A program made the position numbers and the translations under genes. The notes under the pieces were generated by a model that ran no database searches, was not told the origin of the DNA, and saw nothing but the letters and a program-made list of their open reading frames with translations. DNA of 56,815 nucleotides from a virus. Taxonomy: Duplodnaviria > Caudoviricetes. This document shows, piece by piece, positions 55,473-56,815 of the stretch (position 1 is the first letter of the stretch; each line of letters starts with the position of its first letter). The stretch is from IMG/VR virus record IMGVR_UViG_3300009678_000009, positions 1-56,815 of that record; one strand, given 5' to 3'.

Positions 55473-55886
55473 ATGTCGCGTGGAGAAGCTCTTGGGGTTA
55501 TATCAAAAGGGGTCGGCTTTGGTTTAAGCATGGGTGCGAGCCGAAAGGCACTTGATTCTGTGCTTGCTATGACCGAACAGATGAAAAAAACCGCCTCTAT
55601 TGGCGCACAAGTTGAATACGCCAACCTTGAACAGCAAAAAATACAAGCAGGCGCGCAGATTGGACAGCAACAAGCCAGTTATGCAGCTTCTGGTGCGGTT
55701 GGTGGCTCAGCCTCACAAGGGACTAATATTGCGGTTGCTGGCGCACAAACAAAGTATCAGTTGACAGAGCAGCAAGTTGCCGCAGACTATCAAAGTCGCA
55801 TACTGTCAGCTGATGCTATGGCGACTTCGGCACAGCAGCAAGCGTTTGGCGGATTCCTTAGTGGTTTGGGCAATATATTTAGTTAG
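55473..55886 (+). CDS. Small internal virion protein (gp14-like)
   Basis: G/A/Q/S-rich; QQQASYAASGA..GS motif; amphipathic ends. Confidence 0.65.
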   Translation: MSRGEALGVISKGVGFGLSMGASRKALDSVLAMTEQMKKTASIGAQVEYANLEQQKIQAGAQIGQQQASYAASGAVGGSASQGTNIAVAGAQTKYQLTEQQVAADYQSRILSADAMATSAQQQAFGGFLSGLGNIFS

Positions 55887-55897
55887 CATATTTTTTT

Positions 55898-56815
55898 ATG
55901 GCACAGCCAACCTTTATTACTGAAGACAAGACTGGTAGCATTATTGGCAACTTAAAAGATGCCTCACACTCAACGATGGCTGGTTCGGAGGCGTTGCAAT
56001 CAGGTATAACTTCTTTAGCTGGAAGTACTGGCGAGTTTGCACAAGGGATAGCAGAACACGTTAGGGGAGGACAATTACAAAAAATTCAACAAGAAGCAAA
56101 GGGAATTATAGACAATCCAAATATGGATTGGAAGGAGAAGCACGAAGCGTTGCAAGGAATGGAAGAGCAGGTTGGCTCAAGCCATCTTGATGGCTTCCTT
56201 GGCACGCGCGCAGAAGCTGATTCGGTACGCCAGAACATAGCAGAAGGTATGTCTAAAAATTATACCGAAGGCTTGAGCAAATCTGTAGTAGATGAACACT
56301 CAGAGAGTCTCAAGCAAATTCCGCCTGACCGTTTTGCAGAGCGCGATAAGATTACTAAAGAAAAGAAAGAGTTTGTTGAGAAAGATGGGTTTTTGAGCGC
56401 TGGCAAGAAAAAAGAAGTCATCGCAAAACTTGATAGGGCGACTGATAAGCAAAGTCTGCAAGATATTGCTTATGCGTATGAAAATACGGCGAGTGACGAA
56501 GAGAAGGAAGCCTTTCGCAACCGCATCCACGAACTTGACGAGGATGGTAAGTTTGCAAACTATAAATCCACAACTCCACAGGAGAGGGCAAATGTTTTGC
56601 GTGCGATGGATAAACACGATTATTCACAAGAGATAGGCGCGACAAAAATTAGCAGTGAGCAGCTAGAAGCGGCTGGCAGGGCTGTGCTTGACCCTGAAAG
56701 TAAGGAACTAGACGCTTACCCCACCACAAAAAGAAATTACTTGCTACACAGAGCCCACACTAACTTTCAAGCCTACATAAAAGATGGGGGTGGCGCTGAG
56801 AAGCTGGCAAGAGAA
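55898..56815 (+). CDS. N-terminal part of probable internal virion protein (continues at 1..1032)
   Basis: MAQPTFITEDK... open to the window end; absent from the ORF track because it wraps. Confidence 0.7.
   Translation, partial: MAQPTFITEDKTGSIIGNLKDASHSTMAGSEALQSGITSLAGSTGEFAQGIAEHVRGGQLQKIQQEAKGIIDNPNMDWKEKHEALQGMEEQVGSSHLDGFLGTRAEADSVRQNIAEGMSKNYTEGLSKSVVDEHSESLKQIPPDRFAERDKITKEKKEFVEKDGFLSAGKKKEVIAKLDRATDKQSLQDIAYAYENTASDEEKEAFRNRIHELDEDGKFANYKSTTPQERANVLRAMDKHDYSQEIGATKISSEQLEAAGRAVLDPESKELDAYPTTKRNYLLHRAHTNFQAYIKDGGGAEKLARE
56693..56815. repeat. Terminal direct repeat copy
   Basis: Identical to 1-123. Confidence 0.95.

Noticed and set aside
56693-56815. Biological terminal repeats
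   Set aside because: The repeat falls mid-gene, which is typical of an assembler overlap

Overview
The window appears to be a complete, circularly assembled genome of a tailed podovirus-like phage. It has 56,692 unique bp: bases 1-123 repeat exactly at 56693-56815, and one ORF reads across the join. The + strand arm (45319 -> end -> 18975) holds terminase, T7-type portal, probable major capsid, adaptor, nozzle, tail fibre and internal virion proteins. The - strand arm (44810 -> 18972) holds an early/accessory array of about 35 small genes, including three DNA methyltransferases, an Ntn-peptidase-like protein, a lysozyme, and HEAT and MORN repeat proteins. It is followed by a replication module (DUF2800-like nuclease, VRR-NUC, SF2 helicase, TOPRIM primase-helicase). 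I see no integrase, DNA or RNA polymerase, ParA/ParB, tRNA or CRISPR array. The most notable signals are non-coding. (1) Three perfect and one near-perfect chromosomal-type parS sites (TGTTCCACGTGGAACA), three of them within 4 kb of a putative origin, suggest the phage borrows the host ParB/SMC machinery. (2) A cassette-like gene array is joined by a repeated linker (minus strand TTAACCAA(A/C)TAAGATAG..TTT-ATG) that has stop codons in all three frames followed by a start, and paralogous gene ends appear shuffled between cassettes. (3) Four 36-bp perfect palindromic promoter elements are present, one with its 2-bp centre inverted. (4) An ~84-bp inverted repeat of iterons brackets a 68-bp perfectly alternating purine-pyrimidine tract. 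All protein calls come from visual motif recognition, not database searches.
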